This document shows, piece by piece, positions 23,801 to 38,456 of a stretch of DNA of 64,000 nucleotides (positions are counted from its first letter, which is position 1; every line of letters begins with the position of its first letter). The stretch spans positions 116,932,001 to 116,996,000 of the forward strand of contig OZ024745.1 of NCBI GenBank assembly GCA_964016885.1. Direction: 5' to 3'. Origin of the DNA: Eledone cirrhosa. Lineage: Eukaryota. The position numbers and the translations under genes are program-made. The notes under the pieces are model-generated. The model saw only the letters and a program-made list of their open reading frames with translations. It did not search any database and was not told the DNA's origin.

Positions 23801-24110
23801 CATCATCATCATCTCCATTTAACGTCCATTTTTCCATGTAGGCATAGGTTAGATGACTTATCCTATTGTAAGCAATGCCAGATCAGGTGACATTGTCTTG
23901 CTTGTACAGAACTGATTTTGGCTTGGTTTCTACAGTTGGATGTCCTTCCTAGAGCCAACTACATATACAGTGAGTGCTGAGTGCTTTTTTTCATGATGCC
24001 TATGGGACCACTTTACTGTGTGGACTTGGTAATTTTAGTCATGACACCTACATGACCTTTTTACAGTCTTGTCTGGGTGCTTTTTTGCTGTGTCGCCATA
24101 ACGACCACTT
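23801..24110 (-). mobile_element. Ceph-domain-type SINE 3' part with RTE-like (GAT)n tail
   Basis: Antisense of aaaagcacccag...ggaagggcatccagctgtagaaac...catggaaaatggacgttaaatgatga; other copies at 25312-25530(-), 26140-26375(+), 29478-29680(-), 30510-30733(+), 31915-32215(+), 46192-46380(-), 57880-58222(+). Confidence 0.65.
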
Positions 24111-24324
24111 TACAATGTGGGTTGGGGGCTTCACTGGATGTATGCTTCAGCCTGTCCTCATGGAAGACGTATGGGAGTGGGTGGGGTGGTGCATACTATT
24201 TATATACTTCAGTCTCCGTCTGTACCCATGGGAAGTTTGGTCTTCTGTATTACTGCATAACGCCAGAGATCTCAGTCTTGTGTCATCACCTTTGAAAGAT
24301 GCAACTGGATAAGGTAAGCTTTTA

Positions 24325-25287
24325 TCACCTCATCCCAGGTCTTCCTGGGTCTCCCCACTCTGAGGCTTCCAATGACTTTGAGCACTCTGCACCCTTTTAT
24401 ACAGCTGTCATACTTCATATGCATCACATGTCTATACCAATGTAATCTCCTCTCCTGTACACAACATCTGATTCCTCTCATGACCAGGTTCTCTCTCAGT
24501 TCATTAATGCTTTGCTGTTTACGTATATAATTATTATCCATCTATCGGGGCATGCAAGCTTCATTTCTTTCCAATCTACACAAGTCTTCTGCTTACAGCA
24601 CCCAGGTCTCACTACCATGTAACATTGCTGTTCATATGCATACATCATACAGTCTCCCTTTCATTTTGAGGGAAAAGCCTTTTGTAGCTAGCAGTGGTAG
24701 CAGCTCCCTGAACTTCTTCCATCCAATTCTTACTCTGGCTACTCTGCTTTCAGAACACCCCCCACTGCTAATTTGGTCACCCAGGTAGTAGAAGCTGTCT
24801 ACTGTTTCTACTGAGCCTTTCCAGAATTTGATAGCACTTGTTTCCTGTGGTCATTTGCTGTTTACTGTTCCAGTGCAGCTGCTACATGTAAAACCAATAT
24901 TCTTAACTAAACTTCCTGAGATCCCGCTACATCTCTCGTGTGCTCATATTTTGCATTTGGGGAAAAGGATGGAATTTCTATCTACACCTTTCCTACATAC
25001 TAAGCAAGGTCATTTCCCTGAGGGGATCAGGGTTCTGTTTTCTCTTCTACTTACTAGGACCTTAGTCTGTCAGGTTGACTTTAAGAACCCTTGTTTCTAG
25101 GCCTTGCTTCCATGTTTGGAATTTCTTCTCTAGTTCCACCATAGATTCAGCTATGAGCGTGAGATCCTCTGCATACAGGAGTTCCCACAGGCAGCCAGTC
25201 TTAAACTCCTCTTTTATAGCTTGTACTATGATGATAAACAGGAGAGGACTAAGAACAGAGCCCTGGTGGGCGCCAACCTGTACACTG
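24325..25287 (-). mobile_element. RTE LINE RT/C-terminal fragment, decayed
   Basis: GAHQGSVLSPLLF...ELLYAEDL...LKVN and RRLHWYRHVMHM...GRPRKTW. Confidence 0.85.
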
Positions 25288-25531
25288 AATATATACACAC
25301 ACACACATATATATCATCATCATCATTATCATCATCATTTAACGTCCATTTTCCATGCTAATATCGGTAGGATGGGCTATTTCTTTGTGAGAAATCAGGT
25401 TGGAAGACTGTGTTTCACTCACACGGGACTGATTTTGGCTTGGTTTCTACGGCTGGTTACCCTTACTAACATAAACCACATTTACAGTGTCTGCTGGGTG
25501 CTTTTTGTCATGAGACTTACACGACCACTTT

Positions 25532-25602
<71 letters not shown>

Positions 25603-26467
25603 CTTCATTTTTGTATTTGTTTTTCTTATCTGAAAACGTGTGTTGAAACAGATGTTGTTATACTTTGGGAGGGTCATACTGCAAATAAAAACACATGCAC
25701 CTGTTGGTTTTCACTTCAATTTATTATAAATTTCAGGTTGGCTGGCTGGTTGGTTGGTTCAATAACTGGAAGGTTGTTTATATATTGTCAAAGCTCTTTT
25801 GTCACACATTCTGTGACCTCCTCAGTGACAAGCTTTTTATTGTGTGTGTCTCTCCTTTGTTCTGTCCTACACCATCTTGTTTTTGTGTGTTGTGTGTTGT
25901 GCGCTTAGTTTGCACATGTGTTATATCTGGATGTGTGTGTTTTTATTTATTTAATTATATGTTTATTTATTTGTCGCTAGCTGGTTGTTTGTTCTATCTG
26001 TGTGTGTCTGGTTTGTTTTATTAGTTTGGTTCTTGTGTGTCTCTGTATGTCTTTATCTTGTCCTTTATTACTAGTTGTGATGTTGTTGCTATTCCACTAT
26101 TGTTTTCTGTTTAATTTGGGTTGGAATTCATTTATGTCACTCAGTCCACACTGTAAAGTGGTCATGTAGACACCACGATAAAAAAAACCGGTACTCACTG
26201 TAAATGAGGTTGGCATTAGGAAGGGCATCCAGCCATAGAAGTCTGGCCAAAAACAGTCCTATATGAGCAAGACACGATCACCTAAAGCAACTTGCCTCTA
26301 ATGGGACAAACCCATCTAACCCATGCTAGCATGGAAAATAGACGTATGATGATGATGATGATGATAATGATGATATATATATAGCTGTGTAATGTTAATA
26401 TAGTTGATATTCAACTAAGGACACATGTGAAATAAATTGCCTCAATTGCCTAGGAGGCAGCCTCCCT

Positions 26468-26630
26468 AGAAATTGTTGACAATTTTCATTACCTAGGTGA
26501 CCTAATCTGCAGTGGAGGAGGATGCTCTGAAACTGTAACAGCAAAATAAGAACAGGGTAGAAGAAATTTAAGAGGTTAGTATTTCTGGTGATATCAAAGA
26601 GTTTTTCCTTCAATGTGAATGTTAGAGTAT
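26468..26630 (+). mobile_element. RTE LINE fragment
   Basis: LEIVDNFHYLGDLICSGGGCSETVTAKIRTG*KKF. Confidence 0.7.
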
Positions 26631-26907
26631 ACTAGACCACCATTCAATGTGAATGTTAGAGTATACTAGACCACCATTCAATGTGAATGTTAGAGTATAC
26701 TAGACCACCATTCAATGTGAATGTTAGAGTATACTAGACCACCATTCGATGTGAATGTTAGAGTATACTAGACCACCATTCAATGTGAATGTTAGAGTAT
26801 ACTAGACCACCATTCAATGTGAATGTTAGAGTATACTAGACCACCATTCAATGTGAATGTTAGAGTATACTAGACCACCATTCAATGTGAATGTTAGAGT
26901 ATACTAG
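26609..26907. repeat. 34-bp minisatellite (ttcaatgtgaatgttagagtatactagaccacca), about 8.8 copies
   Basis: Units start at 26609, 26643 ... 26881; only one substitution seen; no spacers. Confidence 0.95.
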
Positions 26908-27959
26908 TAAACTAGTAAACTAGTTACTCTGTAAAATGACTGATGATATGAAGGCATCCAACCTTAGAAACTTTAGGATTTTTCAGTTGTGTCAAAGACA
27001 TGGCAACCTCACTAGTGCTGGTGCCATTATAAAATGCACTTGAACATATATAAGCAAGATGTACACATACCCCCTGCCTATCGGAGCACCTGATGGAGTG
27101 CAAGAACCTATGTAAATGAGATTCTGGGTCCCCATCGTATCTGAGAGGTCAGTAGCTCTACTTGAATACTGACTTCGTCTGTGACTACCCATCCAATCAA
27201 AATTAGAAAATGATTAGAATAAAACTTGTTTTGAACAATTTCCTGCCTCCTCATCATAAAACTGTTTGCTTTTCTGTTTTTCTTCCCTGTCTTATAATTG
27301 ATTACAGTTATTCTTAGAATATTTCATGGAACTGAATATAAATACTTTTATTGATATAAGTCTGACAATACAAATAATCTAATATACTGCTTCCATGGTT
27401 CATTAACATTGTACAATCTCAACTTATATCTCTTTAAACCTGAGGTGAATTTCAAAGAGTTACTGTTTTTAATGCAATATGATTATTTAGAATCTGAAAT
27501 GTGAATGCTATTCTGAGAAAGAAATCATTAAAATTTGTTCTGTAGAATTGAAAGTAACATGCAGAAGACAATTTTCTTTCTTCCTTTCTAAAGACAATAA
27601 TATATTATTTGACTTTAGATTTTTATGTGTAACATAAACTCTTAAGTTTTCACATTTTAAACGTATGATTATTAGAAACTAAGATAGAATCTGTGGAGGA
27701 AAATGTTCCTATCCAGATATCTAATTCAGTAATCTAGCTTTGACTTCCAGTTAAAATCAATTTAACACTCTAGTAATAACCCCCCCAGAAAGTTTTGAAT
27801 ACCTTAGAATTTTAAATTCCCCTTCCCCTCACTTATGAATCTATGATCAAAACAGTTGAACTTCATTGCAAGTTAATAAAATATTCAAAATGCATATCAC
27901 ACATTCACACATACTCACATGCATGCATACACATACATGAATATATATACATATAGATG

Positions 27960-28127
27960 TAGGCATGGCTGTATGGTTAAGAAATTCACTTCATAACCAT
28001 GTGATTTCAAATTGAATCCCACTGCATGGCACCTTGGGCAAATGTCTTCTATTGTAGCCTCAAGTTGACCAATGGCTTATGAGTGAAATGAGTAGACAGA
28101 AACTGTGTGAACTATGTGGAAGTCTAC

Positions 28128-28130
<3 letters not shown>
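27960..28130 (+). mobile_element. OR1-like CORE-type SINE
   Basis: ggcatggctgtatggttaag (A box) ... gcaccttgggcaaatgtcttcta (CORE-like); partial copy at about 21660-21745. Confidence 0.6.
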
Positions 28131-28158
<28 letters not shown>

Positions 28159-28326
28159 CATCATCATAATCATAACCGTTTCATGTCCATTTTTCAACGC
28201 TAACATGTATATATATATATATAGAGAGAGAATGTAATGTCCAGTTACTGTAGGTTCACCAAAGTGAGTACTCAATGCATAGTTTCCAGTCAGTATAGAG
28301 GTGAAGAACAAAGCAGAGTGTAATAA

Positions 28327-28513
28327 TAATTGTTTCTACTTTTAGCACGAGGCCAGCAATTATCCCAGTGCATTACTGGTACTTTATTTTATCGACCCCG
28401 TAAGGGTGAAAGGCAAAGTTAGCCTCGACGGGATTTGAACTCAGACCGTAAAGGGACCTAACTATGCTGCAAAGCATGGCGTCCGTCCCTCTACCGATAC
28501 TACCAATTCACTG
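28327..28513 (-). mobile_element. OK-like SINE with TSD gcagagtgtaataataat
   Basis: TSD on both flanks. Confidence 0.9.
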
Positions 28514-28644
28514 CAGAGTGTAATAATAATAATAATAAAAAGGATGATTTCTTATGTTTTCCTTACATTTATTGAATAGTGACGCATGTTTCACTATTGA
28601 TCAGCTCAAGATTCGATCTATATCAGGCAAACTAACAGGTAGGT

Positions 28645-29349
28645 AGAAATATGTATGCAGTAGATGTACAGGGAAATTAGACAGTAGAAGTCGCATTGAT
28701 AGACACATTTTTAGAAGTGGTGGATAGCTTCCGGTACCTAGGAGATCAGATTAGCATGGGAGGGGTGTGTTCCGAAGCCATAGTATCTAGAATAAGGAGG
28801 GGTTGCAAGAAGTTTAGGGAGCTGCTTCCTCTGCTGACGAAGAAGGGTTTCTCCCTGCATATGAAAGGCCGGTTATATGATGCCTGTGTGAGGAGCGTGA
28901 TGCTGCATGGTAGTGAGACATGGGCAGCAACTGCAGAGGATATGCGACAGCTGAAGAGAAATGAGGCAAGCATGCTCCGTTGGATGTGCAATGTGATTGT
29001 GCGTGAACGACCCAGCATAAATGTGTTGAGAGAGAAACTGTGTCTGAGAGGGATAGAATGTAGTGTGTGAGAGAGGAGACTGAGATGGTATGGACATGTG
29101 ATGTGCATGGAGGACGACCGATGGGTGAAGAAGTGCCAGGAAATGCCAGTTGAAGGAAGACGTGGTAGAGGTAGACCACAAAAAACATGGGCGGAGGTGG
29201 TGAGAACAGACCTCAGATCGCTGAATCTCACGGTGGAGATGACGAAGAACCATGACAAGTGGAGAGATGCTGTGCTGAATAAGATCCGTCCCACCCTTGC
29301 AAGCAGGGAAAAGCGGACGCAGAATGATGATGATGATGATGATGATGAT
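28645..29349 (+). mobile_element. RTE LINE 3' portion, 5'-truncated
   Basis: ORFs 28696..29070 (FRYLG..KGRLYDACVRSVMLHGSETW) and 29098..29385, split by one stop; (GAT)n tail. Confidence 0.9.
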
Positions 29350-29758
29350 ATATATTTATATATATATATATATATAGTTATGTAATAAACAACATAAGAT
29401 AATTATTTCATTTACCAGTGGTTTCTTATATGGGTTTTTATATATAAGTAATTATTTTTTATATATATATATCTATATCATCATCATCATCACCGTTTTA
29501 CGTCCGTTCTTCCATGCTAGCATGGGTTAGACGGGTTGTCCTGTTGTGGGCTGTGTCTGGTCGGCTGACCATGCCTTGCTCATACAGGAACTGATTTTGG
29601 CTTCATTTCTACAACTGGATGCCCTTCCTAACACCAACCTCATTTACAGTGAGTGCTGGGTGCTTTTTCCGTGGCGCCTACATATATATATATATATATC
29701 ATCCAAGGCTTGCAAGCAGGGAAAAGCAGACGTAAAATGATGATGATGATGATGATGA

Positions 29759-30100
<342 letters not shown>

Positions 30101-30129
30101 TCCGATTGACTATATTCGATCTATTCTTT

Positions 30130-30343
30130 CCTCAGCAATTGACATCATACTGTTGATACAGCCTTTTCATTGGTTTAGAATTTGAGGCATCACCACCCTC
30201 CTTGACTAGTCAAATACGTCCACTGTCTGCCGTTATTCACGCGTGACCTGTCCATCACCCAAACCTGGTCAACAAATTACTACTATGCAGGCGCCCACAT
30301 AGTAGTAAAGGCCGTATCAACAGGATGATGTCAATTGCTGAGG
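30130..30343. mobile_element. MITE-like element with about 38-bp TIRs
   Basis: tcctcagcaattgacatcatactgttgatacagccttt / aaaggccgtatcaacaggatgatgtcaattgctgagga; internal hairpin ttactactatg..catagtagtaa. Confidence 0.65.
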
Positions 30344-30349
30344 ATGGAA

Positions 30350-30486
30350 CATGGCTTAGAGGTTAGAGCATTGGGCTTGCAATCGAAAAGTTGTGAGTTC
30401 AATTGTCAGGCCGGGTGATGTGTTGTTTCCTTGAGCAAGACACTTTATTTCAAATTACTCCAGTTTACTCAGCTGTAGAAATGAGA
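30350..30486 (+). mobile_element. OR2-like CORE-type SINE head
   Basis: tggcttagaggttagagc (A box), gagttcaatt (B box), ccttgagcaagacact (CORE-like); relatives at 35180-35492(-), 58465-58575(+), 61385-61510(-). Confidence 0.65.
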
Positions 30487-30730
30487 TGATAGGACTGGGG
30501 TCCCTATCATTCCACTGCAAAGTGGTCGTGGAGGTGCCATGGCAAAAAGCACCCAGTCCACACTGTAGAGTGGACATGTAGGCACCATGGAAAAAAATCA
30601 CCCAGCACTCACTGTAAATGAGGTTGGTGTTAGGAAGGGCATCCAGCTGTAGAAATCAAGCCAGAATCAGTTCCCGTCCCACCCTTGCAAGCAGGGAAAA
30701 GTGGACGTAAAATGATGATGATGATGATGA

Positions 30731-30785
<55 letters not shown>

Positions 30786-30802
30786 TATATTATATTATAT
30801 AT

Positions 30803-30992
30803 AGGGCGGTGGATTGGCAGTATCGGTTGAGGGTCGGACGCCATGCTTTCCAGCATTGTTACGTCCCTTTACGGTTTGAGTTCAAACCCCGCCGAGGTTG
30901 ACTTTGCCTTTCATCCTTACGGGGTCGATAAAATAAAGTACCAGTAATGCACTGGGTATTTGCTGGCCTTGTGCCTAAAGTAGAAACAATTA
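30803..30992 (+). mobile_element. Full-length OK-like SINE in (TATAT)n
   Basis: Intact boxes; attatattatattata on both flanks. Confidence 0.9.
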
Positions 30993-32347
30993 TATTATAT
31001 TATACTATATTAGGTATGAATCGAAGTTTAGCTGCCATATAGTAAGTAATATATATATATATATTCATTTATACACACACACACATATATATATATGATT
31101 ATGTATCAATCTTTGTACATCATGTATACCCATATATATATATATATGTGTGGAAGCGAAGCTCTATAAAACGATAATAATTGAAAGAACTAGTGAAGTT
31201 GCTGAAATTGAACTCTACAAGGTTGTTCATACATATTTTCTGTAGCAAATTCAATTTTTGTTTATTAACTTAGATAAATTCAATTACTATCGAAATGTAA
31301 TTATCTCTCAACATCTACTTTTCCCTGCTATGTGATTGTACGTGCTATAGAAATTTCTTATTCCTGGTTCTTTATAATTGAATTTAATTTAGATGACATG
31401 TATTTTCATTGAACAAATAATCCCAATTGGTATTTGAACTTTCATTTCACTTGATTGATGTTCAGTCAGTGATCTATGACTTAGATGATGTTTAATGTAA
31501 ATGCATCCAAAATTTACTCAAACCAGCTGCAATGTTTTTGGTCAATAGGTCTGCATGATCAGAGCTAACATGAAGAGATGGAACTAATTCTCTGACAATA
31601 AAAACAAAGATATCTATCTTAAAAACACATTTAATATTATTTAACACTCTAAAATGCTTTAAATCATTCTTGCTAGTGTTTATTCCCAGGTCAGTTCTAA
31701 TCAAATAAACAGATTTGCTTGATCAGCCATGAACAGTCCTGTCTTTTAAGATAGTATTGTGTGATGTGAGAAAAATTTGGCTGTTATTCTTGAATAATGA
31801 GTAACCACATCGAGGTTCTTGACATATTTTGTATTTCTGCAAAATGATAATGACTAAATGTGTTTTGATAATCTTTACTATCAATGCTTCTGCAGTTATG
31901 GTGCCACAGTAAAAATGTTGTAAAGTGGTAGGACGAGTACCATGATAAAAAGCATCCAGTCCATACTGTAAGGCAGTAGTGCTGGTGCCATAACAAAAGT
32001 CCACCCTAAAAGGTAGTAGAATGGAAGTCATGATAAAATGTTCCCAGTACATACTGTAAAGTGGTTAATGTTAGGAAAGGTATTCAGTCATAGAATCCAA
32101 GTCAAAAATAGAACATATGAGCAAGACATCATCATTTGACTAGTCCAGCTTCAGAATGAGACAACCCATCTAACCCACCATTCAAGTATGGAACATAGAC
32201 ATTAAATGGTGATAGTGATTACTATTTTACAGCAAAACTAAATAGGTTTTCAAGTTTATTAAGGAATGATCAACATAAAATATGTTTTCACAAGATGAAC
32301 TCTTTGACAAACTGGCTGCACAGCATGACAGTTAATTTTAGTTAGAA

Positions 32348-32778
32348 CTAGCAGAATGGCCTGGCGTTGCTCAGGATTCTAAACATAGATTGGCATGTTT
32401 ATCCCTCCTTTCTGAAACAGTTTTGTCGTATATTCACCAATTGATGCAGAAGTCCTAATAAAAAGTGAAGTCGCCTTGGGTGAATAGGCAAATAATTTTC
32501 CATTAAGATTTTTCAAAAGCATATAATTGCGTTCCCTCTCTTTTTTGTTGTTGTTTTTGCTGCTGTCGAGCCTCGTGAAATAAATATGTTTGTTTATATT
32601 TTGTTATTGCGCAAAAATATCTGTACATGAATATAAAATTATATATATATATATATATTAAAATAACAGATTAAAGTTTAAGCAAAGAATCGCTGCTTTC
32701 ACCCTTAACGGGATCTTCTGAAACTAAAAAAATCAATCTGTGAACGCAGAAGTAAATATTTCGAAAAACGTTACACAC

Positions 32779-32813
<35 letters not shown>

Positions 32814-33139
32814 TATATATACATATATACACACACACACAGATAGTGTCATAATGTCGTAATGAGACAGCCAGACATACAGACAGATATTATAAGGGTG
32901 CGACGTCATAGATATGTATCTATCTAAAAAGACAGACTAAGGAAAGACAGAGAGATCGCTAAACGGCGCCTAATGCGGTCCCTAGGGCATTGAAAATATG
33001 AAATATTTTTTTCTCAATACACTCACACGACCATAAGTATTACATGTGTAAAGTTTGAAAAAGATCAGTTGGGTGGTTCTCAAGTTTTAGGGAGTCAGAC
33101 AGATAGACAGACAGACATTCTCTGTTTCAGATATAGAGA
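32348..33139 (-). mobile_element. Complete non-autonomous Helitron (about 790 bp) with an internal Penelope-like fragment
   Basis: Minus strand A|TCTCTATAT ... hairpin cctgagcaacgccagg ... CTAG|T, inserted between A and T without TSD. Confidence 0.8.
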
Positions 33140-34739
33140 TATGTAATATCTAAGCTGTACCAAATAGTTTCTTGAATAGTAGCTTTACACTCCCTTGAGT
33201 GAAACATATGATTATTATATTTCCTCTTCACAAAGAAGGTAATAATTTTTTGAAATCGGTTGTGGAATTGTCAAACTATACATACTGAAAGTTACTATAA
33301 TCATAACCTGAAATTGAGTGTGACTTAGTAGTATGTATCATGCGTTCACTAAAGTTTTTCGGTGCCCCTGCAGCCATAAGCTGACATGGACACCTTCTCA
33401 ACAGGATGAGACAGTTGGAAGGAAAGAGGGCTGCAACAGTACTGAGCTGGTACTTACTTTATCAATACTGAAAGAGTGAAAAAGCAATGTAGACCTCAGC
33501 AGGATTTGAAATCAGAATACAGAGCCCAGAACAAATACTCAACACTCTGCCAATCAAACTTATTATTATCATTCTGCAGGAAGACTAAACATATTTTATA
33601 GATATTGCAACCAGAATAGACATTAAATATGGTTGACATATGGAAATGTTTCTTCTTTTTTTTCTCCCAACCTTTCATGAGTCTCTGTATTTCACAGAAC
33701 TAGGTTTTTATGGTGTTAATAGAATTAGACAAATATATTCTTGGATAGGATGCTAATCTAGCACAGATGAATATTTCCACAAGAAAAATTGAACTAAGCA
33801 CTGCAAACTAAGAAGTCACAAATTTTAGTGTGGATGTGAAACAAGGCTTCTATGTATTTTTTTGATCTGCTAGAAATAGAAACCAACCAAATCTCCCTTT
33901 AATCACACCTACCATCTTAAGAGAGAGAAGGATACATCAGACAATGTAGTTCTACATAACCCTAAAAAAATAGGATGGTCATAGTTGGAATGCCTTTGAT
34001 CATAGATCCATTTAATAAGGTTGAGCTAGGGCTAAATAACAATAGTACTGCTACTGTTTATGGGATTATATCACCTTGTAGTAATTACAGTTTTATAATG
34101 TTGAGAGTTGTCTTGACACAGACATGGCTACTTACCAGTGACATAATATAAGCCATCTCACTGAGCTATTTGATATAATACTGGCTTAGTTAATAACACT
34201 ACCACAATCTCTTTCAAAGTTTATAAATTCTTGTTTCTGTAAGTTGACAAATTATAAGCAAAAAGTTTATGTTGTGTTAGCTTGACAGCTTACAGGAAAA
34301 TAACATAAACCATTAAGTGAAGCCAAATAGATGTTTTATTTGGTATTTTCAGCTGCCTTGGTTATCTATAATAAGCTGGCTAAAAATGAGACTTTTAATT
34401 TATAGAAATTATAAAAAGTAGATTTACTTATTTCTAGATTCTGTTGCATCATTAAGAACAGGATTATCTTCATATATATACGACATTCCTGGGAGCATAA
34501 TAGCTATCAATTATTCCCAGAACTCTATTTATCTGAATTAGAAGTCATAAAGGAAAAATAAAACAGTTTTTTGAGGGGAGGGGAGGCTTTCTTTTTGTAG
34601 GTGTTGTTGAGTGGAGCATGTGTGAGGTGTCAAATGTGCTAACCATCTCACTGAACCAATATGTTCATGTTGTTTATTATGTTAACTATTTAAAAAATCT
34701 CTGTTAAACACATTACTATACCATGAATTAAATATTTAG

Positions 34740-35125
34740 AATGTGCTTAGGGTAGTCCTCATTATCAGCAGCATTGCATGATAATGAAGCCCTTCCTGCA
34801 GACCCTGTTAAACATGGATAATAAACAAATCATCCTCCTGTGACTTCCAAAAGCCACAGAATGGTCATTGCATATTGCAGGGAGAATGTATGTCTCAAAA
34901 AGAACCATTTCGTTGGACAGATCTTATGGGCAAAACCATCTGGAAAGAGACCCAGGGGTAGACCCCAAGCAAGATAGCTGGTTAACGTCCATGAGCTTGG
35001 CTGGTCTCACTTGGGGATCCAGCTAGATCAATTGAAGATGGCTGTTTCTGACAGGACCCACTGGAAGGAGTGTTTGAGGACTCTTCCCCCACAATCTTCT
35101 TAGGAACCAGTGGAAGAAGAAGATC
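34740..35125 (+). mobile_element. RTE-type 3' fragment, second family (copy at 62800-63165 on minus)
   Basis: AKPSGKRPRGRPQAR*LVNVHELGWSHLGI versus AKPTGKRLRGRPRARWLDNIHELGWSHLGI. Confidence 0.7.
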
Positions 35126-35824
35126 CACAAAAAAGCTAATTTTGAAGAATTTAGAATCACACCTACACTACAATTAATGAGACTCCTTTCGGTCACAAAT
35201 GACCATGGCATTTGGGCCTAGAAAGTTCCTCTACTGAAACACAAGTTTGGGCAAGGTTGTCTATGGAAGACCAGCAGTTGGTCATACATACCAGCCTCCC
35301 CTCTCCATGCCACTGTTTTTGTCAAAGGGAAAGGCAATGGCTGATATAACTCAGCACCAGTGATGTTGCAACTCTTTTCTATAGCTGAAATAAAGTGTCT
35401 TGCTCAAGGACACAACACATAACCCATTCTGAGAAGTGATCTCACAACCTCGTGATTGCAAGCCCAATGCTCTAACCACTAAGCCATGCACTTTCACCTG
35501 TACTACAATTAATATAATACAATTTAACCACTTTTATTATTCTGAAAATTTTATAACCTATCTTCTAGCAAATACTTTTACTCTAAAAATACTTCAACTA
35601 GCAAATTATGCAAAACTAGTTGGCCCCATGCTGTCAAAGATGACAGAAAATTGTAGTATTTTACATATAAAATGGTACAAAACCAAGTTTTTAGTTTAAT
35701 AATTATTTTATTACAAACGTTTTCGTGAATAAACTATCCACAACTAACATACATAACCACAAGATAATATCTTGGTGTGTATATGTATATATTTATATGT
35801 AAATAGAAACACAGAAACATACAT

Positions 35825-38456
35825 ACACTCACACAAGTATAAATATATTCACACAAACACACACACACTCACACAAATATAAATATATTCACACAAACAC
35901 ACAAGTATAAATATATTCACACAAACACACAAACACTCACACAAATATAAATATATTCACACAAACACACACACACAAGTATAAATATATTCACACAAAC
36001 ACACACACTCACACAAATATAAATATATTCACACAAACACACATACACTCACACAAGTATAAATATATTCACACAAACACATATACTCACACAAATATAA
36101 ATATAAACACACATACTCACACAAATATAAATATAAACACACATATACTCACACAAATATAAATATAAACACACATATACTCACTCAAATATAAATATAA
36201 ACACACATATACTCACACAAATATAAATATAAACACACATATACTCACTCAAATATAAATATAAACACACATATACTCACACAAATATAAATATAAACAC
36301 ATATACTCACTCAAATATAAATATAAACACATATACTCACTCAAATATAAATATAAACACATATACTCACACAAATATAAATATAAACACACATATACTC
36401 ACTCAAATATAAATATAAACACACATATACTCACTCAAATATAAATATAAACACATATACTCACACAAATATAAATATAAACACACATATACTCACTCAA
36501 ATATAAATATAAACACACGTATACTCACTCAAATATAATTATAAACACATATACTCACTCAAATATAAATATAAACACACATATACTCACTCAAATATAA
36601 ATATAAACACACATATACTCACTTAAATATAAATATAAACACACATATACTCACTCAAATATAAATATAAACACATATACTCACTCAAATATAAATATAA
36701 ACACACATATACTCACTCAAATATAAATATAAACACACATATACTCACTCAAATATAAATATAAACACATATACTCACTCAAATATAAATATAAACACAC
36801 ATATACTCACTCAAATATAAATATAAACACACATATACTCACACAAATATAAATATAAACACATATACTCACTCAAATATAAATATAAACACATATACTC
36901 ACTCAAATATAAATATAAACACATATACTCACACAAATATAAATATAAACACACATATACTCACTCAAATATAAATATAAACACACGTATACTCACTCAA
37001 ATATAAATATAAACACATATACTCACTCAAATATAAATATAAACACACATATACTCACTCAAATATAAATATAAACACACATATACTCACTCAAATATAA
37101 ATATAAACACACATATACTCACTCAAATATAAATATAAACACATATACTCACTCAAATATAAATATAAACACACATATACTCACTCAAATATGAATATAA
37201 ACACACATATACTCACTCAAATATAAATATAAACACACGTATACTCACACAAATATAAATATAAACACACATATACTCACTCAAATATAAATATAAACAC
37301 ATATACTCACTCAAATATAAATATAAACACACATATACTCACTCAAATATAAATATAAACACACATATACTCACTCAAATATAAATATAAACACACGTAT
37401 ACTCACACAAATATAAATATAAACACACATATACTCACTCAAATATAAATATAAACACATATACTCACTCAAATATAAATATAAACACACATATACTCAC
37501 TCAAATATAAATATAAACACACATATACTCACTCAAATATAAATATAAACACACGTATACTCACACAAATATAAATATAAACACACATATACTCACTCAA
37601 ATATAAATATAAACACATATACTCACTCAAATATAAATATAAACACACATATACTCACTCAAATATAAATATAAACACACATATACTCACTCAAATATAA
37701 ATATAAACACACACATACTCACTCAAATATAAATATAAACACACATACTCACTCAAATATAAATATAAACACATATACTCACTCAAATATAAATATAAAC
37801 ACACATACTCACTCAAATATAAATATAAACACATATACTCACTCAAATATAAATATAAACACACATACTCACACAAATATAAATATAAACACACATATAC
37901 TCACACAAATATAAATATAAACACATATACTCACTCAAATATAAATATAAACACACATACTCACTCAAATATAAATATAAACACACATACTCACTCAAAT
38001 ATAAATATAAACACATATACTCACTCAAATATAAATATAAACACACATACTCACACAAATATAAATATAAACACACATATACTCACACAAATATAAATAT
38101 AAACACATATACTCACTCAAATATAAATATAAACACACATACTCACTCAAATATAAATATAAACACACATACTCACTCAAATATAAATATAAACACATAT
38201 ACTCACTCAAATATAAATATAAACACACATATACTCACACAAATATAAATATAAACACATATACTCACTCAAATATAAATATAAACACACATACTCACTC
38301 AAATATAAATATAAACACACATACTCACTCAAATATAAATTATAAACACATATACTCACTCAAATATAAATATAAACACACATATACTCACACAAATATA
38401 AATATAAACACATATACTCACTCAAATATAAATATAAACACACATATACTCACACA
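35825..38456. repeat. About 2.6-kb minisatellite of 30/32-bp units (actcac[t/a]caaatataaatataaacac[ac]atat), roughly 85 units
   Basis: Direct inspection; divergent variants at the left edge. Confidence 0.95.

Noticed and set aside
26609-26907. CRISPR-like 34-bp repeats
   Set aside because: Units are contiguous with no unique spacers, there are no cas genes, and the context is eukaryotic.
34438-34561. Possible plus-strand terminal exon (SVASLRTGLSSYIRHSWEH...KEK-stop)
   Set aside because: No recognisable motif; such acceptor-plus-short-frame matches are expected by chance in 64 kb.
37691-38228. Repeat-protein ORFs (CLYLYLSEY)n
   Set aside because: By-product of 30-bp minisatellite units; the frame breaks at every 32-bp unit.
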